Translations under genes and position numbers: made by a program | Source: an uncultured Clostridia bacterium | GTDB lineage: Bacteria > Bacillota > Clostridia > TANB77 > CAG-508 | NCBI GenBank assembly: GCA_944390515.1 | Contig: CALXQG010000001.1 | Coordinates: forward strand, 1-54,128 | Length of the DNA stretch: 54,128 nucleotides | Direction of reading: 5' to 3' | Shown: one piece after another, positions 30,201 to 40,168 of the stretch | Layout of the letters: each line of letters starts with the position of its first letter | Position numbering within the stretch: the first letter of the stretch is position 1 | Notes under the pieces: generated by a model | Databases searched by the model: none | Told to the model about the DNA's origin: nothing | Seen by the model: the letters and a program-made list of their open reading frames with translations, nothing else

Positions 30201-32394
30201 GGTTGAATGTCAATAGTTGGAGTTTATCTCCCCCAACTAATATTATAGAACCGATATTGAAAGATGAAAAAAAGAATATGAATAATAATATAAAATTTAA
30301 ATAACTGTATTTTGTAGGTAGTATATAAGTACAGTCATTTTTATAATTAGGGAGTTATAATTAAAAATAAAAAAATAGAAAAAAATATATAAAAATAATT
30401 AAAAAAATTTTTTAAAATTAAAAAACATTAATTGAATAAAAATATCATATAAAAAAGTTTATACAAATTAATTTTAAAAATATTAAATAAAAAATGAAAA
30501 AATAAAGAATTAATTATTTATTTACATTAAATAAATAATTAAAACAAAAAAATTAAAATAAATCATTAAAAGGAAACAATTAAATTGAAAATATAAATTA
30601 AATAAATAATTATAGAATAGAAAAGTAAGAAGGAATAAAAAATATAAAAAACGAAATGTAAAAAAGTGTTTGTCATTTTGATATATTATTGCTTAAGAGA
30701 ATATATTAGTAAATAAAATCTGAGAAAGTTCGTCTTTTAGCCAAAAATAAACTTTTTAAAAAGTTTTAGAAACAAGAAGATAATAACAAAGTAAACAAAA
30801 AGAGCAGCAATACAAATTTAAACTTAACTTTATGTTTACGAGAAAACAAGTGATAATAGATTTTATAATTTTTTTAAAAATTCACTAGTCCGATAGCATA
30901 AAAGTTTGAAAGAACAGAAAATTTTATAAATAATTATTAATGTTTAATGCTTTTTAAGTTAACGTTTAATTATTTATTATAAAGCAAAAGTATTAGAAAT
31001 TTTTTCAAATTAATTATAAAATAGAAGGCACTATTCTTTTTGACAAATTCTAAAGAGCTTTTTATAAGAAAGAAATAACAATTAAAGTTTTGTCATTTTG
31101 AAAGTATAAATAATTTTCATATGAAGAAGTATGTCAAGAGAAAAAAGAGAAGTAATAAGTTTTAATAGCTTTTATTAAAAATAATTATTAAATAAAAGTA
31201 GCGTTTATAAAAATTAATTTAATAAAAAATATAAATAGTTATTTATTTTAAATTTAATAAACAAATAAAACAAATTATAAAAAAATAAATATAAAAATAA
31301 AATGATAATAAATCAAAAAACAAAAATAAATAATTAATAATAAAAAAACATAAAATAAAACTTAATAATAAATTTAAAAGAATAATATTAATAAAATTTA
31401 TAATTTATTTTTATAAAATATAAATTTAAAAATAAAAAATTTATTATGAGTTTATTAAAAAAATAAATAAAAAGAATCAAAAAAAGTAAAAACTATTTTA
31501 AAATTTCTTTAAATTATAATTTTAAAGAAAGCAATCCTTTAGGTAAAGAATAAAATATTGTACTAAGAAAAAAATCTTATATAAAATAAAATAAAGGAAA
31601 AAAAGTTGTTGCTAAATATAATGATTTGAAATATGAAATACTAATATAAAATTGACAAAAAGACTAATAAAATAATAATATAGAAATAATTGTCCAAAAT
31701 AGCCGTATAATATGAATGATAACAAATAATCATATGTAGACCTAAAAAGATTTAAAAAATTAAAATTATATATTATATATTTTGTGTTTTGAATTATGTA
31801 ATTATTCGGATACAAGAGATCACGAGAATTAATAAAATATTATATAAAATTCGTTACAGATCAACATAAAACAAAAAGAAAATCAGCTTATTAATTAATA
31901 ATAGAAAAAGAGAATAAACTATTTTAAGGCAAGAAAATATCGATAAGAATAAAATTGGCAAAATGACATAAAAATGGAGGGCAGCGAATTTTGACTTGAT
32001 TTTAAAGAAAAAATAATTTGTTTTTTTCTAAAAGATAAAATTTGAAATAGGAACATTCGTGTAGCAATACCGCAATTAAAAAAATTATATATCTTAAAAG
32101 ATTATAATGCAAAAAGTAAAATATTTAAAATAAAAATAAATAAAAAAATATTAAAGTATAAAAATAAAAAATATTAAAAATGAAAATCAAATAGGACATA
32201 AAAATTACAAAAAATTACAAGATATTTTTTGAAATTAAAATTATTGATTAAAAATATTAATTAATAAAATCAAATAAAAAGAATTTATATAGATTAATTA
32301 AAACTTAAAACAAATAATATAAAAATAATTAATATAATAAATAATATAAAATACTATTTAATGAAATAAAACAAATATTTAAAATATATAATAT
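30201..32394. other. 2.2-kb ORF-poor, extremely A+T-rich, A-skewed (plus strand) non-coding stretch
   Basis: Only one ORF of 60 aa or more is tracked here (31612-31815, a T-rich-strand artefact type). Whole 60-nt lines carry 1-5 G/C; for example 30361-30420 has 41 A, 18 T, 1 G and 0 C. Confidence 0.9.
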
Positions 32395-32427
32395 AAAAAA
32401 TCAAAGATTTTAAATCTTTGATTTTTT
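32395..32427. terminator. bidirectional terminator after the 1441-aa gene
   Basis: AAAAAA, stem TCAAAGAT/ATCTTTGA, then TTTTTT. It lies 13 nt past the stop codon. Confidence 0.7.
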
Positions 32428-32439
32428 ATATTAGTTAAA

Positions 32440-35400
32440 TTATTTTTTAATTTCCTTCTTAATTAAATTATTTTTTAAATTTTCTTTTCCTATAGCATTT
32501 TTTTCTGATTGTTTTTTCTTTAAATTGTCTTTTGCAACTGTCATTAATAATTTAATTCTATTTGTTTGATTTGCCTCACTAGCACCAGGATCATAATCTA
32601 TTGCAGATATATTTGCCTCAGGAAATTCATTTCTAATTGTTTTTATTACACCTTTTCCAACAACATGGTTTGGTAAGCAAGCAAATGGCTGAACACAGGC
32701 TATATTTGGTATTCCATTTTCTATATATTCAATCATTTCTGCGGTCAAGAACCAACCTTCACCTGTTTGATTTCCTATTGACAAAATATTTTTTACTTTA
32801 TCTTCTAATTCCCAAATATCACAAGGTTGCAAATATCCTTTTTTTGAATTAGCTAATGCTATTCTAGAATCTTTTTCTAAAATATCAATTAATTTAATTG
32901 CGGTTTTAAATAATTTTGCTTTCATTTTGTCCGTTTTAATTAGTTGATTAAACGTAATTTTATGTGTCGCAATAAATTTAATAAATCCCATAAAATCAGG
33001 AAGTACAACTTCGGCGCCTTCTTCTTCTAATTTATTAGCAATAAAATTATTTCCAAATGGGTGATATTTTATTAGTACTTCACCTACAATTCCTACTTTT
33101 GGTTTTTCTACAGATGTGTCTAATTCAATTTTTTCAAAGTCATTTACCATATCATAAATACTTTGTTTGAATTGTTTCATTGTAGATTTTTCTAATAATT
33201 TTTTGCATTTTTCAAGCCATTCATCAAATAATTTTTGAGTCTCACCTTTGTTTATTTCATAAGCTCTATTTTTTGTAAGCATTTTTTGTAAAAGGTCTGC
33301 ATATACTACCATTTTTAGTAATCTTTCAATTAAAGGTAAAGTTATTTTAAACCCTGGCATTTTTTCCATTCCAACAACATTAAATGATATTACCGGAATA
33401 TTTTCAAATCCTGCATCTTTTAGAGCTTTTCTAATAAATCCTATATAGTTTGTAGCTCTACATCCGCCACCAGTCTGAGACATGATCAATGCTGTTTTGT
33501 TTAAATCATATTTTCCTGATTGTAGTGCTTCAATCATTTGTCCTGTAACTAGAATAGATGGATAACAAGCATCATTATTAACATATTTTAATCCTGTTTC
33601 TACTGTGTGCTCAGTACACTTTCTTAACAGCTCAACTTTATATCCTGATTGTCTTACAGCTGCTTCAAGTAGTTCAAAGTGAATTGGAGCCATTTGAGGA
33701 ATTAAGATTGTATAATCATCTTTCATTTCCTTTGTAAATATCTTTTTATTTACCTCATAATCGCCACTACCTTTTAGTTCTTCTTTGTTAGCTAATCTCT
33801 TGTTCATACTTGCAAGTAATGAACGAATACGAATTCTTACAGCGCCTAAATTATTTATTTCATCAATTTTTATTAATGTGTACATTTTTCCATAACTTGT
33901 TAATATTTCTTCTACTTGATCTGTTGTAACTGCATCTACACCGCAACCAAATGAATTTAATTGTACTAATTCTAGATTGTCGTGTTTTCCAACAAAATCT
34001 GCTGCAGCATAGAGCCTTGCATGAAACACCCATTGATCGACAACTCTTATTGGTCTTTTTACTTCTGTTTGGTTAGAAATGCTATCTTCTGTAAGTACAC
34101 ACAAGCCTAAGCTTGTAATCAACGTGTCTATACCATGATTTACTTCTGGGTCTACATGATATGGACGACCAGCTAAGACAATTCCTTTTAAATTATTTTT
34201 TTCTATGTATTCAACAGTTTCTTTTCCTTTAGCACGAATATCTGCTTTGCATTTTTGATATTCTTCTTCAGCTTTTTGTGCAGCATGTAATAATTCCTTT
34301 TTAGTGAAATTATATTCTGCAAATTCAGGCAATTCTAATATTGTTTTTGCCAAGTTTTTAGTGTCAAAAGGTAAAAATGGATTTAAGAATTTTATATTTT
34401 TTTCTTTTAATTCTTCCACATTATTTTTTAATACTTCTGAATATGAAATTACGATAGGGCAGTTATAGTGATTATCAGCTTTTTCATATTCTTTTCTTGA
34501 ATATGGCATACAAGGATAAAAAATTGTCTTGACTCCTTGATTAATTAATCCAATAATATGTCCGTGTGATAACTTTGCAGGGAAACATACTGATTCAGAT
34601 GGCATTGATTCCATACCTTTTTCATATGTTTTTCTGTTACTTTTTTCAGAAAGTACAACTCTGAATCCCAAATTAGTTAAAAAAGTAAACCAGAAAGGAT
34701 AATCTTCATACATGTTAAGTACTCTAGGAATTCCTATTATTCCTCTTGGAGCATCTTTTTCATCCAATGGTGTATAACCGAAAATTCTCTCATATTTATA
34801 TTTTACTAAATTAGGAAGCTCAGCTTTTTCTCCAATTATTCCAGCCCCTTTTTCACAACGATTTCCAGAAATATGTTTTGTACCATTGCTAAATTTATTT
34901 ATCGTAAGTAAACAATGGTTTTCACAACCATTACAACGAATATGAGATGTTTCTATTTCTAATTTATCTAAATCTTCTAATCTAGTTAAATGACTTCTAT
35001 ATTCCATATCAAGATTTGCTTCATATTGTTCCTTTGCAAGTAATGCGACACCATAAGCTCCCATAAGTCCTGATATATCTGGTCTTACAACATTTCTTCC
35101 TACTATTAATTCAAAGGCTCGAAGAACAGCATCATTATAAAAGGTTCCACCTTGCACAACTATGTGAGCACCTAACTTCTTTACATCTCTTACTTTCATA
35201 ACTTTTTGAATAGCATTTTTAATTACAGAATAAGAAAGCCCTGCAGAGATGTCTCCTACTGAATATCCTTCTTTTTGAGCTTGTTTAATTTTAGAATTCA
35301 TAAAAACTGTACATCTTGAACCTAAATCAACAGGTCTCCTTGCTTCTACTGCAGCCTTCACAAAATCCTGAATTGATAGATTTAAGCTTTTAGCAAAAGT

Positions 35401-36765
35401 TTCTATGAAAGAACCACAACCAGAAGAACAAGCTTCATTAAGCATAATATTATCTATTGCACCGTTTTTCATTTTTATATATTTCATGTCCTGTCCGCCT
35501 ATATCAACGATACTTGTAACATTTGGCATGAATTTTTTTGCAGCAGTATAATGTGCAATTGTTTCTATCTCATTCAAATCTACATTTAATGCAGTTTGTA
35601 TTAATTTTTCTCCATAACCTGTTACCCCACTGTATCTAATAATAGCTTTTTCTGGTAATTCTGCATATAATTTTTTAAGCATTTTTATAACACTTTGTAA
35701 AGGATTTCCTTCATTGCTTCCATAAAGAGAGTATAATAATCTACCTTCATTATCAATTAATGTTAATTTTGTTGTAGTAGAGCCTACATCTAAACCAACA
35801 TAACAATCTCCTTCAAAAGTTTTTAAATCTGCTTTTTCTACTGTATCTTTATCATGTCTCTTTTTAAATTCTTCATAGTCAGCATTTATTGAAAATAAAG
35901 GAGCGAGAGGATTAGAAGTATCATCGTGTGATACCCTTAAAACCTCAATTTTACTTTTTAATTTTTCAACACTAATTGGTTTTGCCTCTTCAATTGAATC
36001 CAAAGCTGCTCCTTTTGCTACTAGCAAATGAGCTTCTTCTGGTATAATTATTTCTTTGTCTTTTAAATGAAGAGTTTCTATAAATCTATTTCTTAATTCT
36101 GATAAATAATTAAGAGGACCTCCTAAAAATGCTACATTTCCTCTAATGGGTCTACCACAAGCTAAACCAGATATTGTTTGATTAACAACTGCCTGAAAAA
36201 TAGATACGGCAATATCCTCTTTAGCAGCACCTTCATTTAATAATGGTTGTATATCAGTTTTGGCAAAAACTCCACAGCGAGAAGCTATTGGATAAATCAT
36301 TTTATAATTTTTTGCAAGTTCATTAAGACCTGTTGGGTCTGTATTTAAAAGAGATGCCATTTGGTCAATAAAAGCACCTGTACCACCTGCGCATGTACCA
36401 TTCATACGTTGTTCGATTGATTTATCAAAATATATAATTTTTGCATCTTCTCCACCAAGTTCTATAACAACATCTGTTTTTGGAATATATTTTTCTACAG
36501 CCCTTTTACAAGAAACAACTTCCTGAATAAAAGGCAAGTCTAAGAATTTAGATGCAGACATTGCTCCAGAGCCTGTTAATGCTATTGTGAATTCAAAATC
36601 TGGATATTTTTCAGCTAAAGTTTCAAGTACATTACAAACTGTATTTTTTGTATCTGAAAAATGTCTTTGATAATCTTTATAAATTGTATTTAATTGGTCA
36701 TCCATTACAACTATTTTAACAGTTGTTGATCCAACATCTAAGCCCACATGTAATAATTTGTTCAT
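32440..36765 (-). CDS. acyl-CoA dehydratase activase-related fusion protein (two BadF/BadG/BcrA/BcrD-type ATPase modules plus a dehydratase-like C-terminal region)
   Basis: VGLDVGSTTVKIV and VGLDVGSTTTKLT are the two ASKHA phosphate-1 motifs. A Cys cluster CNGCENHC is present. The start is ATG 36765, after AAAGGAAG. Confidence 0.9.
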   Translation of the reverse strand: MNKLLHVGLDVGSTTVKIVVMDDQLNTIYKDYQRHFSDTKNTVCNVLETLAEKYPDFEFTIALTGSGAMSASKFLDLPFIQEVVSCKRAVEKYIPKTDVVIELGGEDAKIIYFDKSIEQRMNGTCAGGTGAFIDQMASLLNTDPTGLNELAKNYKMIYPIASRCGVFAKTDIQPLLNEGAAKEDIAVSIFQAVVNQTISGLACGRPIRGNVAFLGGPLNYLSELRNRFIETLHLKDKEIIIPEEAHLLVAKGAALDSIEEAKPISVEKLKSKIEVLRVSHDDTSNPLAPLFSINADYEEFKKRHDKDTVEKADLKTFEGDCYVGLDVGSTTTKLTLIDNEGRLLYSLYGSNEGNPLQSVIKMLKKLYAELPEKAIIRYSGVTGYGEKLIQTALNVDLNEIETIAHYTAAKKFMPNVTSIVDIGGQDMKYIKMKNGAIDNIMLNEACSSGCGSFIETFAKSLNLSIQDFVKAAVEARRPVDLGSRCTVFMNSKIKQAQKEGYSVGDISAGLSYSVIKNAIQKVMKVRDVKKLGAHIVVQGGTFYNDAVLRAFELIVGRNVVRPDISGLMGAYGVALLAKEQYEANLDMEYRSHLTRLEDLDKLEIETSHIRCNGCENHCLLTINKFSNGTKHISGNRCEKGAGIIGEKAELPNLVKYKYERIFGYTPLDEKDAPRGIIGIPRVLNMYEDYPFWFTFLTNLGFRVVLSEKSNRKTYEKGMESMPSESVCFPAKLSHGHIIGLINQGVKTIFYPCMPYSRKEYEKADNHYNCPIVISYSEVLKNNVEELKEKNIKFLNPFLPFDTKNLAKTILELPEFAEYNFTKKELLHAAQKAEEEYQKCKADIRAKGKETVEYIEKNNLKGIVLAGRPYHVDPEVNHGIDTLITSLGLCVLTEDSISNQTEVKRPIRVVDQWVFHARLYAAADFVGKHDNLELVQLNSFGCGVDAVTTDQVEEILTSYGKMYTLIKIDEINNLGAVRIRIRSLLASMNKRLANKEELKGSGDYEVNKKIFTKEMKDDYTILIPQMAPIHFELLEAAVRQSGYKVELLRKCTEHTVETGLKYVNNDACYPSILVTGQMIEALQSGKYDLNKTALIMSQTGGGCRATNYIGFIRKALKDAGFENIPVISFNVVGMEKMPGFKITLPLIERLLKMVVYADLLQKMLTKNRAYEINKGETQKLFDEWLEKCKKLLEKSTMKQFKQSIYDMVNDFEKIELDTSVEKPKVGIVGEVLIKYHPFGNNFIANKLEEEGAEVVLPDFMGFIKFIATHKITFNQLIKTDKMKAKLFKTAIKLIDILEKDSRIALANSKKGYLQPCDIWELEDKVKNILSIGNQTGEGWFLTAEMIEYIENGIPNIACVQPFACLPNHVVGKGVIKTIRNEFPEANISAIDYDPGASEANQTNRIKLLMTVAKDNLKKKQSEKNAIGKENLKNNLIKKEIKK

Positions 36766-36873
36766 TAAATATCTTCCTTTCATAATCCCCTATATATTAT
36801 GTTTAAGTCTAATAATACATTCTTAATTGTATACGGAAATTAGAAATTTGTCAAATGGAAAAAATGTGCAAAA

Positions 36874-36882
36874 TGTGGATAA
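36874..36882. promoter_or_regulatory. isolated perfect DnaA box
   Basis: TGTGGATAA in the divergent spacer between the activase-like gene and the gerM-like gene. Confidence 0.4.
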
Positions 36883-37039
36883 AACGAAGAAAAAACATAT
36901 AAAACCTGTAATTATAAAACATTTTATAACAATATATATAATTGATTAATTTATAAAAATTTAGATAAGATAATAAATAGTTCTAAAATATACTTGTCTA
37001 ACATAACAATTAAATAATAAAAAAGAGAGGAGAATGTTT

Positions 37040-37636
37040 ATGAACAAAAAAATCATTGTTTTAATAATCATTATTTTTATTATTTTAAGTATAGGAGTTT
37101 GGTATTTTTTCTTTTATAGTAAAAACACCGAATCTCAGTTAAATGAGATAATTCCAGAAGAGGAAATTTCAGAAGAGCAGATGAGGCAAACCATAGTATC
37201 ATTGTATTTTTATAACGATGCAGAAAAAAGCTTAGCATCAGAAGGGAGATTAATTGATGCAAAAGATTTATTAAAGGAACCATATAAAAAATTAATGGAA
37301 CTTTTAATTGAAGGTCCACAAAATACGAATTTAAAGAAAACTATTCCTGAAGGTACAAAGATAAATAAAGCCGAATTAAAAGGTGAAACTCTCTATTTGG
37401 ACTTGTCAAAAGAATTTATTGAAAATCATGAAGGAGGAGAAGAAAAAGAAAGCATAACAATTTATTCAATTGTAAATACAATGACAAGATTGACAGAAGT
37501 AAATGCAGTTAAAATCTTGATAGATGGAGAAGAAAACAAAGCATTCAAAGATAATAAAATAAAATTTGATGATTCATTTGTTGTAATAAAAGAGGAGGAT
37601 GAGAAAGTAATTCAGAGTAATAATGTGGAACAATAA
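37040..37636 (+). CDS. GerM-domain (GerMN) membrane-anchored protein
   Basis: N-terminal TM segment followed by a GerMN-like segment (VSLYFYNDAEKSLASEGR...LYLDLSKEF...VNAVKILIDGE). Confidence 0.65.
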   Translation: MNKKIIVLIIIIFIILSIGVWYFFFYSKNTESQLNEIIPEEEISEEQMRQTIVSLYFYNDAEKSLASEGRLIDAKDLLKEPYKKLMELLIEGPQNTNLKKTIPEGTKINKAELKGETLYLDLSKEFIENHEGGEEKESITIYSIVNTMTRLTEVNAVKILIDGEENKAFKDNKIKFDDSFVVIKEEDEKVIQSNNVEQ

Positions 37637-37679
37637 AATTAATGTGTTAAGCTAATCATATAAAAATAAAAGTTTATTT

Positions 37680-37835
37680 AAGTATTTTATATAAGCAAAT
37701 TGTGTTACATATTTTTTTAAAATTACAAAGAAAATGTTCAACTTCAAACAAGGAGTTTAAAGCATTTTCTTTTTTACATTTAAAATTAATTTTGTTTTTG
37801 GAGCAATTTCTATTTTCAATATTTCTTCTTTCCAT
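37680..37835 (-). CDS. candidate 51-aa Cys-rich small protein
   Basis: Translated by hand as MERRNIENRNCSKNKINFKCKKENALNSLFEVEHFLCNFKKICNTICLYKILK. An SD-like AAGGGAAG lies 7 nt upstream. An upstream TTAACA-17-TATAAT is present on the minus strand. Confidence 0.25.
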
Positions 37836-37964
37836 TTAATGACTTCCCTTCAAAATATGTTATTATATTATATGCAAAAATAATATATATGTTAAAATAC
37901 AATAAACATATATATCTTGATTTAAAGCCAAAAAAAAGATATAATAATAAATATAGGAGGCAAG

Positions 37965-38786
37965 TTGATATTTTATTATCAACGATTTATTATGGAATTA
38001 AAAAAAGATGAAAGAATAGATGATTTAGAATATAAAAATTTGAGAATAATCCAGAATAAAAAAGGCTTTTGTTTTGGAATTGATAGTGTGCTTATTTCAG
38101 ATTTTGCAAAAGATATAAAGAATAATTCTACAGGGCTAGATTTGGGAACAGGAACAGGGATAATTAGCATTTTACTTGCAAGTAAAACAAATTTATCTAA
38201 AATTTATGGAATAGAAATTCAAAAAGAAGTTGCAGATATGGCCAAAAGAAGTGTAAAGTTAAATAATTTACAAAATAAAATAGAAATTATAAATACTGAT
38301 ATAAATAATATTAGTAAACAAATAAAAATTAATTTAGAATATAAAATGAAAAAAAATGAATTAATTCAAAAAATAAAAAGAGAAAGTTTCGAATTTATTG
38401 TAACAAATCCACCATATAAAAAATTAGAAACTGGAAAAGTAAATGAAAATGAGGCAAAATATATTTCAAGACACGAAGTAACAGCCACACTAGAAGATTT
38501 TATAAATGTATCTAAATATTTATTAAAAGATAAGGGAAGTATGTATATGGTGCATAGGCCAGATAGATTAGTAGATATCATAGAATTAATGAGAAAATAC
38601 AAATTAGAGCCCAAAAAAATGAGATTTGTATATTCAAATATTAATAGTGAACCAGTTTTAGTCTTAATAAAAGCTATAAAAAATGCAAGACCATTTTTAA
38701 AAATAGAAGAACCATTAATAATATATAATGAAAATGGGGAATATACAGATGAAATAAAGGAAATTTACGGTAAAAATAATATATAG
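37965..38786 (+). CDS. SAM-dependent N6-adenine methyltransferase (YabB/TrmN6-like)
   Basis: LDLGTGTGIISI and NPPY are present. Its synteny with rsmI and abrB matches B. subtilis yabB-yabC-abrB. Confidence 0.8.
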   Translation: MIFYYQRFIMELKKDERIDDLEYKNLRIIQNKKGFCFGIDSVLISDFAKDIKNNSTGLDLGTGTGIISILLASKTNLSKIYGIEIQKEVADMAKRSVKLNNLQNKIEIINTDINNISKQIKINLEYKMKKNELIQKIKRESFEFIVTNPPYKKLETGKVNENEAKYISRHEVTATLEDFINVSKYLLKDKGSMYMVHRPDRLVDIIELMRKYKLEPKKMRFVYSNINSEPVLVLIKAIKNARPFLKIEEPLIIYNENGEYTDEIKEIYGKNNI

Positions 38787-38849
38787 TATTTTAAGTATAT
38801 TAAATAAAAACAGTACTTTAAATATCAAATTTAATTATAGGAGGAAAAT

Positions 38850-39680
38850 ATGTCAGGAAAATTATATTTAGTAGCAACACCAATTGGAAACTTAGAAGAT
38901 ATAACATTTAGAGCAATAAATGTATTAAAACAAGTAGATATAATTGCAGCAGAAGATACAAGACATACATTAAAACTTCTTAATTATTATGAAATTAGTA
39001 AGCCATTAATTAGTTATCATAGACATAATGAAGATGTTAAATCAGATATATTAATTAATAAGTTAAAAGAAGGAAATAATATTGCAATTGTGACGGATGC
39101 AGGAACGCCAGGAATTTCAGACCCAGGGGAAGAACTTGTAAAAGAAGCAATAAAAAACAATATAGAGATAATTCCAATACCAGGAGCATGTGCTTTAATT
39201 AATGCATTAATTTCATCAGGACTAAATACAAAAGAATTTGCATTTTATGGATTTTTACCTCTAAATAAAAAAAACAGAAAAAATGTATTAGATAGAATAA
39301 AAAAAGAAGATAAAACAATAATACTATATGAAGCACCACATAAATTAATAAAAACCTTGTTAGATATTATGGAAGAAATAGGTGATATTAATTGCGTTTT
39401 GGCGAAAGAACTTACAAAAATACATGAAGAATTTATAAGAGATACTATAAGTAAAATAATAAATTTAATGAAAAATAAAGAATCAATTAAAGGTGAATAT
39501 ATTATTTTATTAGATATGAATAATAATAAAATAATAGAGGAAAATGATATCACAAGAAAAAATATTGAAGAGCAATATGAATTTTATAAAGAACAAGGGA
39601 TGAGTAAAAAGGAAATTATTAAACAAATCTCAAAAAACAAGAATGTTCCTAAAAATGAAATATATAAATTATTTATATAA
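38850..39680 (+). CDS. rsmI: 16S rRNA (cytidine1402-2'-O)-methyltransferase RsmI
   Basis: GKLYLVATPIGNLEDITFRA and AEDTRHT are present. Confidence 0.9.
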   Translation: MSGKLYLVATPIGNLEDITFRAINVLKQVDIIAAEDTRHTLKLLNYYEISKPLISYHRHNEDVKSDILINKLKEGNNIAIVTDAGTPGISDPGEELVKEAIKNNIEIIPIPGACALINALISSGLNTKEFAFYGFLPLNKKNRKNVLDRIKKEDKTIILYEAPHKLIKTLLDIMEEIGDINCVLAKELTKIHEEFIRDTISKIINLMKNKESIKGEYIILLDMNNNKIIEENDITRKNIEEQYEFYKEQGMSKKEIIKQISKNKNVPKNEIYKLFI

Positions 39681-39683
39681 AAG

Positions 39684-39725
39684 AAAAAAACTTTTAAGGA
39701 GAATCAAGTACTTAAAAGTTTTTTT
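39684..39725. terminator. bidirectional terminator between rsmI and abrB
   Basis: Stem AAAAACTTTTAAG/CTTAAAAGTTTTT, flanked by an A-run and a T-run. Confidence 0.7.
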
Positions 39726-39745
39726 ATATATAGGAATATAAATTA

Positions 39746-39991
39746 TTATTTTTTTTCTACCAATGCTTCAAGACATTTATCGCATACAAGTTTTCCTTTA
39801 AATTCATCTAAGTTTTTAGTATTTCCACAAAAAATACAAGCATCTTCATGTTTCTTTAGTATAATGTTTGAACCATCAACATATATCTCAATTGGATCTT
39901 TTTCAGCAATATCAAATTTATTTCTAATCTCAATTGGAATAACAACTCTTCCTAGTTCATCCACTCTCCTTACAATTCCTGTAGATTTCAT
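39746..39991 (-). CDS. abrB: transition-state regulator AbrB
   Basis: MKSTGIVRRVDELGRVVIPIEIR is the SpoVT/AbrB swapped-hairpin N-domain. Confidence 0.9.
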   Translation of the reverse strand: MKSTGIVRRVDELGRVVIPIEIRNKFDIAEKDPIEIYVDGSNIILKKHEDACIFCGNTKNLDEFKGKLVCDKCLEALVEKK

Positions 39992-40018
39992 ATAAATATT
40001 CCCCCTAAAAAAATAAAA

Positions 40019-40069
40019 TTCGACATAAAGTTATAAATATATAATAACATAACTTATAATAAAAGGCAA
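40019..40069 (-). promoter_or_regulatory. abrB promoter with a downstream Spo0A box
   Basis: On the minus strand: TTGCCT (40069-40064), a 17-nt spacer, TATTAT (40046-40041), then TGTCGAA (40025-40019). Confidence 0.55.
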
Positions 40070-40168
40070 TAAAAAGTAATGTAAAACTAAATTTATTTTT
40101 AATAGACAAATTAGCAAACAATAAGAATAAATACAAATTTTAAGAATACTATTAATTAGGTGAAAAAC

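Noticed and set aside
31285-31310. Sequence homology between the two gene deserts. They share the 18-mer AAATAAAATGATAATAAA (also near 50605) and the 8-mer GAGATCAC/GTGATCTC.
   Set aside because: My rough estimate is that matches of this kind are expected by chance between two regions that are nearly pure A/T. Only the compositional similarity is reported.
31612-31815. 67-aa ORF in the first gene desert and 90-aa ORF (49741-50013) in the second.
   Set aside because: Both are on the T-rich strand of A-skewed DNA, which gives F/Y/I/L-rich pseudo-membrane sequences. One has a TTG start and neither has an SD. I did not call them genes, but small hydrophobic proteins cannot be excluded.
30201-32394. 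An rRNA operon or CRISPR array downstream of the tRNA-Ser pair.
   Set aside because: There is no 16S/23S/5S-like sequence; none of the conserved GC-containing blocks are present. There are also no regularly spaced direct repeats, only low-complexity A/T runs.
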